DNA of 38,923 nucleotides from Macrostomum lignano. Taxonomy: Eukaryota. Positions within the stretch are counted from its first letter, which is position 1. Each line of letters begins with the position of its first letter. The stretch covers positions 1 through 38,923 of the forward strand of contig NIVC01004661.1 of NCBI GenBank assembly GCA_002269645.1, written 5' to 3'. The notes below the pieces were generated by a model that ran no database searches, was not told the DNA's origin, and saw nothing but the letters and a program-made list of their open reading frames with translations. Shown in pieces: positions 1 through 9,585 of this stretch. The position numbers were made by a program, and so were the translations under genes.

Positions 1-241
1 ATGTTTTCGCGGTTTTGATTTGACCACTTTAGGCGAGAGATTTTAGATACTGTGCGTCAAGTATTTGTAGCAATATTTTAAGTGATATATTTTAAGTGAT
101 ATATTAATGAAGTTTTGGTCAGTTTTTCTTTCTTAGTTTTATGACAGGTGCAGATTTGTTGCAGATTGCGTTTTATACTTGCTAGTAATGTCCGATTTTA
201 CTTGCTCTTAATGTGGTCATCAATTCAGCAAAGCAGCCAAT

Positions 242-2031
242 TTGAACCGACATCTCGAAACGACTAGATGTGGTCGCTGCTCATCTGAATCGTCTGGAGC
301 CTTCGCGCCTCCGAGAAACGCACGAGAGGCGCTTCAGTTTCTTGCGGTCGGTGGTAAGTATGTGAAAGTTTTTTTGAACCCAAACCTTTTTCCACGAACC
401 GCAAATGAGAAGGAGTTCAAACGTATTTGCGGTCTTAGTTATAGTGATTTCGATAGCTTCTCAGAAATGTTACCAGAAGTATCTCGCCTTCGTATTTTGA
501 CAAAGCCGTCTCGAATATTTTTGTACCTGAAGAAGCTTCGCCAAGGTTGCAGCTTTCAATCATTAGCTTTCAATTTCAACATTTCTGCCCAAAGAGCATG
601 CGACATTTTTAGGGAGATTGCCAAGGAGCAGTACCTACGGGATCCATATCAACCGAGGTCGATAGCGTCGACTCCGATTCAGACTCTGCTTGAGGAAAAT
701 GTAGTACGCGATCAATTTATTCTCGGTGTATTTCACACACTACTCAAAGGCAAGAAGCTTGTTCTTCTAGTGGGTGATCATACTTACTTTTATCTCCCTA
801 AGAGCAGCTCACACCACACGAAAATTCGAACTTACTTTTCCGGCAAGAAAATGAATGTGAACAAAAAATGGCGGTTGTCAACAGTAGAGGAAAAGTTATC
901 TACACCGCTCCCCTTACCGCCGCTATCTCGCCAACAATGGGCGATGGGAATTTGACTGCAATGCAAGTTGACATGGAGGCTGAAGGACTAATAGAGCCCA
1001 CTTTGTTGCGCATTCTATGCTCTGTACAGAAAGATTATCACGGTATTGGCATTTTCGACAAAGGTTACAGCCACCAGCTTTGTTCACCAACTTCGGTTAA
1101 CTTCCGCGACTTTATAGAGACTAATAGTAAAGGCTGCACGACGCTTCTATTTCCGACCAGTCCAGGTGACCGAGTTCTAAACGAGCAGTTTGAATTTGTA
1201 AATAATGAGGCTCCTGTTGGTGACCGATCAATACCAGGAAAGCTTACATCAATCGAAGCAAATACAAGTCGCTGGGCTACGCTTTTCCGTTATCTCGTAG
1301 AATGTAGCTTTGCTGCAATCAAGCAAGACAAATGCATAAATGAGCGACAGGAGCCGTACCAATGGCTACATGCCCCAGAGTTTACCGAACGCAGCCGGTT
1401 CGGTGTTGTTATTGAAAACCCCATGGCAAAATTCAACCGTTCGCATCCAGGATTTCAAGCTACAAGGAGTCTGCCGCCGTCATGGTCAGATTGCTCCATG
1501 TTCGAATATGGACGGAACTTTGCTAAACGTCTTTTCATTGCGAATGAGCTAGACGAAATTGAGCAACTTGAGTACAATTGCGATTTGACTCGAATACCAA
1601 CGAGTTCTACCCGAAAATGGACAGCAGTGGATCCCCTGGACCCTGAAAGTTCAGGGTTCCCCAGCGTTGACGAAAGAAATCTGGAAGAGCTTAGCATCGG
1701 CCCATACCACGTTCTTCAGTCAAAACGCTACATCGAAAACGTCAGAGTTCATGAGGTGCTCAGTAGCTACGCTGGAGACTCGTGGCGCGATTTCGAATTG
1801 TTGATTTCTGAACTGCCAAGCCATTTAAAATGCTGGAAGTTTCATCAGCGAGCGCCACCAAAGGGGTGGAGCAGTAAGTTTGGAGAATGGAGGCCATCTT
1901 GGATATATTTAGCCGTTCTTCATTCCCGTCATCGGTCAAAAACTTACCGAGTTGTCCTTCGTGTTTGCGAAACTGCAAGCGGTAACCGATTCGGATTTCG
2001 TGACTCATGGCTGCTGCGTCTGCATGAGTAG
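242..2031 (+). pseudogene. PIF/Harbinger-ISL2EU-like DDE transposase (DDE_Tnp_4 type), frameshifted at ~850-867 and truncated by the Polinton at 2026
   Basis: ORFs 242-955 and 868-2031 join. HTH segment (CGLSYSDF..IFLYLKKLRQGCSFQSLAFNFNIS), DDE-type motifs GDHTYFYLPKSS, GIFDKGY and EANTSRW..R..VE, and the SRHRSKTYRV motif that usually precedes a C-terminal SWIM finger. The stop codon lies inside the Polinton TIR. Family recognised from motifs, no database search. Confidence 0.7.
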
Positions 2032-2334
2032 TATAGAAAAAGACGCTTCTAGACCCAGAGCACTTTTTTAATGACCGTTTTAAGGGTCTAGAGGGGGGAC
2101 ACGGGGGGTAAATAAAAAAACACATCTAAACACCCTTAACACATCTAATCACCCATAATCACCCCTAACAATAAAAATCACTTCCCAACACTTCCAAACA
2201 CTCCCCAACACCCCCCTCGCGTCCCCCCTCTTAAGACCTTACAAACGGTCATTAAAATAAGGTCTGATCTAGAAGCGTCTTTTTCTATACTACTACTCTA
2301 TAACCCCTTGCCCGCGCCGCAGGCGCGAAGGGTC
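2027..2334 (+). repeat. Left terminal inverted repeat of the Polinton
   Basis: Reverse complement of 20697-21003 except 4 substitutions and 1 indel by manual alignment. Confidence 0.97.
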
Positions 2335-2351
2335 TTTTTCTGTTACTAAAA

Positions 2352-2666
2352 ATGACCCGAGTTTACACCTTTTCTGTTAGTGATACTTTTGAGACTGTTG
2401 CTAAAAATGCAGAGATAATAAAACAACATATTTTGAATGGAATAATTGATGAAGTTTATTTAAAATATGACGACAAGCACGACCTAAAACTTTATCCATT
2501 AGAGCTAGATGAGATGTATGATTTAGAACAAGAGGGTGAGTTAATATTTCAACTTGGAGATTATTTAAATTCGGATGATTGGGAGGTTAGATCAACAGAT
2601 TCCGAATCAACAAATAGTTCATATGAAACCAGTGATTCAGAGAATGAAAGTGAAATTTTTATGTGA
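2352..2666 (+). CDS. Polinton accessory protein, small acidic, unknown function (104 aa)
   Basis: Intact ORF right after the left TIR, TAAAAATG start context shared with other element genes, D/E/S-rich C-terminus. Confidence 0.6.
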   Translation: MTRVYTFSVSDTFETVAKNAEIIKQHILNGIIDEVYLKYDDKHDLKLYPLELDEMYDLEQEGELIFQLGDYLNSDDWEVRSTDSESTNSSYETSDSENESEIFM

Positions 2667-2682
2667 AAAAAATATTTAAAAA

Positions 2683-2907
2683 ATGAACTATTATTCTATA
2701 ACAGAAACGACATTTATTGTGAAAAATATATATAAAAAAATGAAGGTAAACTATTCCTACATCGGAAATGTGCCGATTAATGAACTTAATGAAAATTTAA
2801 GTTTGATAACAGTTGAACAAATGTCAATAATAATATTAGTAACAATTATAGTAATAATATTGTTTTTGTTTGTTATAAAAAATTTACTACCATGTTGTCT
2901 TAAGTAA
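2683..2907 (+). CDS. Small single-pass membrane protein (74 aa)
   Basis: TAAAAAATG start; hydrophobic IIILVTIIVIILFLFVI followed by a short Cys-Cys tail. Confidence 0.5.
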   Translation: MNYYSITETTFIVKNIYKKMKVNYSYIGNVPINELNENLSLITVEQMSIIILVTIIVIILFLFVIKNLLPCCLK

Positions 2908-2917
2908 CTGTTTGAAC

Positions 2918-4528
2918 TTAGTTCGCAGACATTATCTGGTTCTCATAAAAAGAACCCAATATTTCTTCACCATCCTTATCAGCAATTATATAGGTTGTAG
3001 GGTTTGTATTTAAAACTTTACTGATGGTAAATTTCTCACTTATTTTCCAATATCCTTTTCTTCCCTTTTCAAACTTATCTTTCCATTTATAGATATAAAC
3101 AGAATCACCAACCTTAAAACCTATAGTTTTCTTTTTTTCAAAATCTCCAAAAGTAACCCTAACGTTTTCAGGATTGTTATAAGCTTGTTGAGGAGTCATC
3201 TTTATCGCCGAATGATATGAATTATTATAATCTTTCACTACGTCTGGTAATATTTTTACCCATTTTTGGTTACCATTAAGACTAAACTGAAACCACAATT
3301 TCTTACCTAAAGTTCTATTAAATCTTTCTATTAATGCGTTTTTACTCTCTCCATAAATAGAATAAATTTTATTAATATACTCCCCATTCGCGTCCTTTTT
3401 CCTTTCTTGTCCTTTTTCAAAATGATATAATTTATACATATGAGGATTGTAAAATTCTTTTCCTTCGTCAACACACAACCTTTCACTTTTTTCTCCAAGA
3501 CTTCTAAAAGCAGCAGCAACATCCTCTCCCTTTTTGGATTTTAAAGGAACAGCCCACGCGTATCGAGTAAAACCATCTAATATGGTTAAGATATATTTAT
3601 ATCCTCTTTCGTTCGGCATCGACATTAAATCAGCATACCAAATTTCATTCTTTTTGAAGTTCATGATTTTTCTATAAAATTTAGGTTTTCGATATTCTTT
3701 ATGAAGAATCTTTGCCTCATCAGAACTTAACCCGCCGCCACTTAACAACAAACACTCAACACAATTATTTCCATGTTGATTATAATTAATTCCTAAACCA
3801 AATTTAACTTTAGACTGCAAGATCTTTTTAACCATCCACCTAGTTAATTTTTGACCTACCGATAATCCCTGCAAGTTATCTAATCCTTGAATCATTTTTT
3901 GATCGGCTTCATGTTTTAATCTTAATGCTTCCTCGGGTGTGTTCTTATCAGCATCTCTGTATGCTAAGTCATGATAGTATGCTAACCAATCAATTCCATT
4001 TATGGGAATTGAATCGGCTTTTGGGGTGTCATCAGGATTTAATCTCAAATCTAAGCGAGTGCCGGGTAGTTTACCCTCAATCTTTCGAAAGAGGCTGGAG
4101 CACACCTTAAGCGGCGATAATTACCGCCCATCTCCGTCTGCTCTCTGAACCTTCTCCTTATATTTAAAATACTTAGGAGCTTGGCTGCGCATTGCCACCG
4201 TGTCTTCAAGCTTTTTACCTTTGGGAAGAGGAGTTACCTCTGTTCCTTCAAAAGATTTCTCAATTGAAGTGGTACTTGAAGCAGTATGACGGGTTTCACG
4301 CAATTTGGAGATGTCGCCACAAATAGTGACTAGCAAGGACATTGCCTTCCTCACTCAGGCCACGGGTTAACCTGTGAAGTTCATTGATGGTAGGTGTAGT
4401 TCCCCTGTATATTTACCAGTAGTAAAGATTGGTGGTAAGCTTGTTAATCCTTTTTGAACATCTAACAATCCTCCTTCAAACACTATTTGATCGTTCCGAA
4501 GGAACGCGAACTTCGTTCGGTTGCTCAT
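2918..4528 (-). CDS. Parvovirus-type phospholipase A2 fused to retroviral-like (RVE) integrase; exons 4370-4528 and 2918-4066 split by a group I intron (~435 aa spliced)
   Basis: Splicing gives ELHLPSMNFTG|PGTRL...PINGIDWLAYYHDLAY (PLA2 Ca loop and HD dyad). Integrase motifs WYADL, ILDGFTRYAWAVPLK, CVDEGKEF, IERFNRTL and a C-terminal KVGD..FEKG..GSFYE domain follow. TAAAAATG at 4528; both exons in frame. Confidence 0.9.
4067..4369 (-). ncRNA. Group I self-splicing intron, subgroup IC1 (303 nt)
   Basis: P AAATTGCGTGAAA (4306-4294), Q AATGCGCAGCC (4193-4183), P3 CATCTCC/GGAGATG (4313-4307 / 4135-4129), P7 GAGCA/TGCTC (4143-4139 / 4102-4098), P5abc with GAAA loop and A-rich bulge, P6, P8, P9 GAAA loop, and P1 CAGGT/GCCTG with the U.G wobble at the splice site. 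Removal restores the conserved NFTGPGT. Confidence 0.93.
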
Positions 4529-5076
4529 TTTTAATAGCCATAAAAATACATGATAGCACCAATTGTTTTGCAAACTCTTCAATGGTTGGTTGTTGAACTT
4601 TTTTATAGCGATTATCTACGCTAGTTAAGTATCTTTTATTTCTCCAATTTTCAGACTTTTTAATCTGATCATCGTCTTTGTAACTAAATGAAGAAGCAGG
4701 AATGAAATGATCAATATCTAACTTTCCAGTATAATTTTTGAACATAATAATTTCTTGTGAAATTTAACCAATCAAAAAAGAATTCTTTTGTGCAACCAAG
4801 ATATGAGATATAGTCCTTGTCATTAAAATTTTTCAACGCCCAATTTATTCTATTTCTAATTAAAACAATATGTTTGTAATTATCATCAGTGTGATACTTA
4901 TTTTTTCTATATTCATTCCATTTATCTTTATTGTTTTTTATCCAAATAGCAGATGAGGTATTATGACAAGATCGACAATCATTTCTAAATTTTTTTGAAT
5001 CATTTCTCCAAAAATAAAATTCTTTCGTCATCGGTTTTTCTTGTTTACACTTAGTACAAATCTTATTAGTTTCCAT
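4476..5076 (-). CDS. Zn-finger + HNH endonuclease (NCLDV/Polinton type), frameshift at ~4745
   Basis: CTKC..CRSC finger, YLGC..F..W motif, IDHFIPASSF..ENWRNKRYL..DN HNH-like core, split over ORFs 4711-5076 and 4476-4745. Confidence 0.75.
4492..4519. other. GC-rich double-hairpin element
   Basis: CGTTCC-GAA-GGAACG then CGAAC-TTC-GTTCG. Confidence 0.8.
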
Positions 5077-5099
5077 TTTATAAAAAATAAATTTAACAA

Positions 5100-5771
5100 T
5101 TAAACTCCAGTATGTCCAGCAGCTTTCGCAGCAGCTAAAACAAGTTTTCGCGGTGTTTTAAATCCATCACCAACAGCTGGTTTGTTATTTATAGAATTAA
5201 CAATCCATTTATACAAGCTGGTATTTTTAACAGCTCCTCCTAACTCATCATAAAAAATTCTAGCACTTATTAATTCATCCCTAGTATATAAATCGGGGTT
5301 AAATTTTACCCTAGGGTTCGTAATAATATTAAATGCTCCGCCCAATTCTCTATATAGTTCATTTCGATCTTTAACAACGTTACCAATTCGATAATTACCA
5401 CCACCTAAATCTGTCACAGCAATACTAGTTGGTGCAGGTCTCGGATATTGATCAACTCCACCCCTAATCTCTTCACGTCTAATTTCTGCAACTCTAAATA
5501 TTGCTTGATCAGTCTCATAAGCAGGCGGCTCATCCAAAATTTCATCCTCTTTTGGCTCCGTATTTTTAGCAATTTTTTCCAGAAGATCTTTATCTGTTTT
5601 TTCTAGTTCACTAATTTTCCCAGTAATAGGATTAACAAAAGGAGCAGCAAATCTTTCACCCGCTAATTGTATTCCTAACTTTCTTTTTTGTAAATTTCTA
5701 ACAAAATCAGAATATCTTTGCTTCTCTTTATAAATCGCTAACTCTCCATCAACGTCCATAAATTGACTCAT
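5100..5771 (-). CDS. Polinton conserved accessory protein (possibly PZ-like), 223 aa
   Basis: Intact ORF with TAAAAAATG start, divergent from MCP, N-terminal helical segment with PFVNPITGKISEL. Family assignment tentative. Confidence 0.5.
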   Translation of the reverse strand: MSQFMDVDGELAIYKEKQRYSDFVRNLQKRKLGIQLAGERFAAPFVNPITGKISELEKTDKDLLEKIAKNTEPKEDEILDEPPAYETDQAIFRVAEIRREEIRGGVDQYPRPAPTSIAVTDLGGGNYRIGNVVKDRNELYRELGGAFNIITNPRVKFNPDLYTRDELISARIFYDELGGAVKNTSLYKWIVNSINNKPAVGDGFKTPRKLVLAAAKAAGHTGV

Positions 5772-5805
5772 TTTTTAACATAAAAAACTTTTTTAACTTA
5801 AAAAA

Positions 5806-7277
5806 ATGGCTGAAACAAAAACTATGTGGAGTGATAAATTTCATTTCAAAAAGCACCGACAGTATATTAATGAGGTCAGAGCAAGAGATTTAAATTATAC
5901 CCTACCAACAAGTGATAATTCAAATAACTTTACTACTGGAACGGTAACTTTTGACATCGGCGCAACCAACACTATATTGGATATGAAAAATGCGTTTTTC
6001 CGCGTTAGATGGTTGTATACTAGAAATGATGGAACTGCTCTTGCAGCCGGAGATATCGCAGATCGATCCGGAATAATAATAGAAAATGATTGGTTTTATA
6101 AATGTTTTTCCCAAGCTCAACTAACTGTTAATGGTGCTGAGGTTGAGACATCATCAAACCCCGCAGAGATTAATGGAGTTTTGAAACATTTAAATTATAC
6201 TTATTTATCAAAACAAGTTGGTGATAATGTTGGGTGGATGCCGGATAAAGGTAACGGTCAAGCAGTAGTTTTCCCTAATGTACAAAACGCAGCCGGTGCA
6301 GATACTGCAGCGCTAATTGTTTACCTTAATACAAACATAGTTCCAGTTGTAACCACTATGACTAATACAAAAGATATTAATACTGGTTTTATAGATCGTC
6401 AGAATAAATTCCCAGTCGCGGTTTTAACCACAGCAACAGCATATGAGCAGGACTTTTCAATCTTTCCACTATTTGGGTTCTTCTCACCAAATCGGGTATG
6501 GAAAGGATTAAAATTTGGGATACAGTTGCAAATATCTGGTGGATATCAGCCTAGGATACTTTATGGAACCTCAATTTCAACCGATATAGCAGTTCGTATA
6601 GATTCAATTCAATTAGTCGTACCAACTATTGAGGTAACAGCCCCACTTTTAAAACACATCGATAATCAGTTAACGCATGATCAGGAAATATTTTATTTGA
6701 ATCGTCGACATTTTATGCGAACCATTAATAACAATCAGGATTCATTCCAGTGGCAAATACTGACATCAAAACGTCGGGTGAGATATATTTTTGTTTGGTT
6801 TAAGATAACAAATAGAAGGAGTAAAAGAGCAAATGGGGATTTATATTGGCTTCAATCCGGTGCCATAGCAGCACAAGCAGCCACCGCAACAGACAATGCG
6901 GCTGCAGCTATTAACGAGTTTAATGTTCAGAATATCCGCCTGCAGGTTGATGATCAATATTATCCGGTTAAAGATCCTCTAATCTAAATATTGCAAATAA
7001 TAATGTTAATGATTTTATAAAATATTATCAAGATTATGCCAAAAATGAAGCGTATGCCGTCCCTCAGTACACACCCACAGAGTTTCTAAACATTCATCCA
7101 GTGGTTGTTTATGATCTAACGGCACAGAAAGAAAACGTAGCCAATATTGGACTTAATTATATGTTAGAGATTAATAAAACCGGTAATCAGGCACTTGACG
7201 CCCACGTATTGTTTCTAGAGGAATATATGTCAATTGCTAAAGCTGATGGCACGATTGTTAGGGACGCGCCGCTGTAA
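5806..7277 (+). CDS. Major capsid protein (double jelly-roll), -1 frameshift at ~6979
   Basis: TFDIG..ILDMKNAFFRVR, DWFYKCFSQAQLTVNGAEVE, RYIFVWFK and NIRLQVDDQYYP; continues in another frame as ..HPVVVYDLTAQKE..VRDAPL* to 7277. Position next to ATPase and penton. Confidence 0.88.
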
Positions 7278-7303
7278 GCGGCGCAGGTCTCCGACCGTCG
7301 CCC
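7261..7303. other. GC-rich double-hairpin element at the MCP stop codon (possible terminator/processing signal)
   Basis: GCGCCGCT-GTA-AGCGGCGC then GGTC-TCC-GACC, closed by GAC/GTC. Confidence 0.75.
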
Positions 7304-7326
7304 CTATTTAAATTATTTCTTTAAAA

Positions 7327-8114
7327 ATGGTAAAGGCAAAACACGATAAGATATTTCCAAATGATCCTTTTCTTTGTTTAGTAATGGGGGATCAGGTAAA
7401 GGAAAAACACACTTTGTTTACGATTTAACAACAGATGGAATGTTAGACTATAATAATTTAATAATTTATACTAATAAACCTAGAATAAAATATTATGAAT
7501 TTCTTAAACATGGATTAAAAAACAAATTAAAAAAAGATGTCTTGTTTAGAATGTTAAGAGCATATGAGCAATATGAGGATGATGACGAACCGCGATTTAA
7601 TCTAGCAGACATTGAGGATTTATGTAAAACAATGGCACAACAGCCAGAAAACATCACCGATCGCCCCGAAGGGTCGCGGACTTCGTCCGATCGCGCCCCA
7701 ACTGTTAGAGTATCAACCCGATTAGCCTATGATCAAATTCCAAAACATGATAAAACACTAATTATTTTTGATGATTGTATTAATGACGGTGATCAAGAAT
7801 TGCAAAAGGAAATTTTTGTTAGTGGTAGAGGAGATGGAATTGGAGCTTTTTATCTAACACAGTCTTTTAGAGAATTAGAATCGATTATAAAAAAGAATGC
7901 AAGTTGTTGTGTAATGTTTGATTTAGATAATTATGATTTACAAAATATTCACGCGAGATTTAATCCCGGATTGGATGCAAAACCATTTAAAAGTATGTGT
8001 AAAAAAATTTGGGATGATAGCCAATACAAACATATTTATATCAATCCGAGGTTAGAAAGGAAAAATCGAATCTTAACAAATTTGATAAAAGAAGATAATG
8101 AGGAAGAAGAATAA
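7327..8114 (+). CDS. FtsK-HerA/A32-like packaging ATPase, -1 frameshift at ~7389
   Basis: Walker A GGSGKGKT, Walker B LIIFDD, R....I..FYLTQS. True start MVKAKHDKIFPNDPFLCLV at 7327 with TAAAAATG context. Confidence 0.92.
7657..7694. other. GC-rich double-hairpin element inside the ATPase gene (30-bp in-frame)
   Basis: CCGATCGC repeated 30 bp apart around CCC-GAA-GGG and GGAC-TTC-GTCC. Confidence 0.8.
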
Positions 8115-8128
8115 TTCCCACTATAAAA

Positions 8129-8914
8129 ATGACTACAAATTTAAATACTATAAAACAATTGGTAGATCGAACTAATTCAAAATTTAGTACAACATTACAG
8201 TTTATAATGACAACCAGCGAGCAACGGATTCAATTGCGCGATCCATTACAACTTGATCAAAGCCTAAGTTATCAAATAGGTTTAATACTATTTTCGGTTT
8301 TCAACATGCCTCAATTAATTAATGCAACAAATAATCAATTTAGATATTCTAAAGATTCCGGAGCCAATTGGACAACATTTAGCGTTAACCCAGGAGCGTA
8401 TAGCTATACTGATTTGAATGCTTATATAGAAGGAGAATTAACAACTAATGGTGATTGGGTAGCAGGAGCAATTGTTATAGGTGTTGATTTACCGTCTGGC
8501 AGATTCACACTATCACTAGGATCCGGATATCAGGTTGATTTCACAATTGCAAATTCACTCAGAACCATACTTGGATTTAATTCCCGAATAGTTACCACAT
8601 CAAGCACCGGTGATACAGTTGGAAATATAGAGGGTGGAGTAAATACAATTAATATAACAACCGACATATCAAACGGTGGTTATATAACAGACGATAACGG
8701 AGTTTTGGTTCAACGTGGAATTATTTATTCAATCCCATTTCTTGCTGTTCCAATTGGAGAGAAAATGATTGTATCACCTCAAACCCCAATATATTACCCA
8801 TTAAATCAATATAATGTTCAATCAATTTATATTAGGATTGTAGATGAAAGCGATAGATTAATAAGTTTTGGTGGGCAGTCAATAACAATAATTTTACGTA
8901 TAAAACAGGTTTAG
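8129..8914 (+). CDS. Minor capsid protein (penton, single jelly-roll)
   Basis: PLQLD..YQIGL, PGAYSYTDLN, LRTILGF, and C-terminal PIYYPL..QSIYIRIVDESDRLISFGG..IILRIK typical of Polinton pentons. Confidence 0.85.
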   Translation: MTTNLNTIKQLVDRTNSKFSTTLQFIMTTSEQRIQLRDPLQLDQSLSYQIGLILFSVFNMPQLINATNNQFRYSKDSGANWTTFSVNPGAYSYTDLNAYIEGELTTNGDWVAGAIVIGVDLPSGRFTLSLGSGYQVDFTIANSLRTILGFNSRIVTTSSTGDTVGNIEGGVNTINITTDISNGGYITDDNGVLVQRGIIYSIPFLAVPIGEKMIVSPQTPIYYPLNQYNVQSIYIRIVDESDRLISFGGQSITIILRIKQV

Positions 8915-8924
8915 TACTGTAAAA

Positions 8925-9134
8925 ATGGGTAATCGAACAACATGTTCGCGTGCAAAGCACGATAATAATAATAATTTAATAAAAAAACAATCAGAAAAAG
9001 TTAAAAAAGCTGAAGATAATTACGAACTAGAACTAGCAAAATTAAGGCAGTTACAAGCTGATAAAATAAGAAAGGAATTGTTAAAACCCACACCTACGAA
9101 ACTAACTAAAACCAAGAGTTTTTCAGGAACATAA
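8925..9134 (+). CDS. Small basic protein with possible N-myristoylation motif (69 aa)
   Basis: MGNRTT (MGxxxT); TAAAAATG start; packed between penton and protease. Confidence 0.5.
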   Translation: MGNRTTCSRAKHDNNNNLIKKQSEKVKKAEDNYELELAKLRQLQADKIRKELLKPTPTKLTKTKSFSGT

Positions 9135-9135
9135 A

Positions 9136-9576
9136 ATGACCATGACGTGGGATGATTTTAAACAAAGATATGGAACAGACACAACAAGCAATATCGAATT
9201 AACAAATTGGGCGAGGCAGTTAAAAATAAAACCATTCAGATGTGTTATGCGAGATGAGATCAAAGACTTACCACAATATGGATGTTTCATTGTTAATATT
9301 GAAACAACAAAAGAAAATGGTGTTCATTGGTCAGCAGTTTATTCAAAACCAAAACTTGTTTATTTTTTTGATTCATACGCGCTTCCTCCGTTACAGGAAA
9401 TAAAAGACAAATTTAATCATACTAAAAATCGTTTATGTGGAGATCATCACGAACAATTTCAAACCTTTGATAAAAGTTATTGCGGGCAAGCGGCGTTGTA
9501 TTTTTTATATCGACTTTCGAATGAAGCTCGTGTAAACCCCGAAGTATTTAAGACTATTTTAGACTCTATAAAATAG
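9136..9576 (+). CDS. Adenain-like cysteine protease
   Basis: GVHWSAV, YFFDSYALPP and Q..DKSYCGQ give the H-D-Q-C catalytic arrangement. Confidence 0.93.
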   Translation: MTMTWDDFKQRYGTDTTSNIELTNWARQLKIKPFRCVMRDEIKDLPQYGCFIVNIETTKENGVHWSAVYSKPKLVYFFDSYALPPLQEIKDKFNHTKNRLCGDHHEQFQTFDKSYCGQAALYFLYRLSNEARVNPEVFKTILDSIK

Positions 9577-9585
9577 ACAGTAAAA

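Noticed and set aside
4121-4354. 77-aa ORF, and the MCSSLFRKIEGKL N-terminus of ORF 2918-4105
   Set aside because: Both lie inside the group I intron; chance open frames with no homing-endonuclease motif.
4067-4369. Spliceosomal intron, transposon insertion or rDNA fragment as explanation of the 303-nt insert
   Set aside because: No GT..AG pair restores the frame and motif; there are no TIRs; the ACCCG repeat 300 bp apart would leave a stop if treated as a TSD; the flanks are protein-coding, not rRNA.
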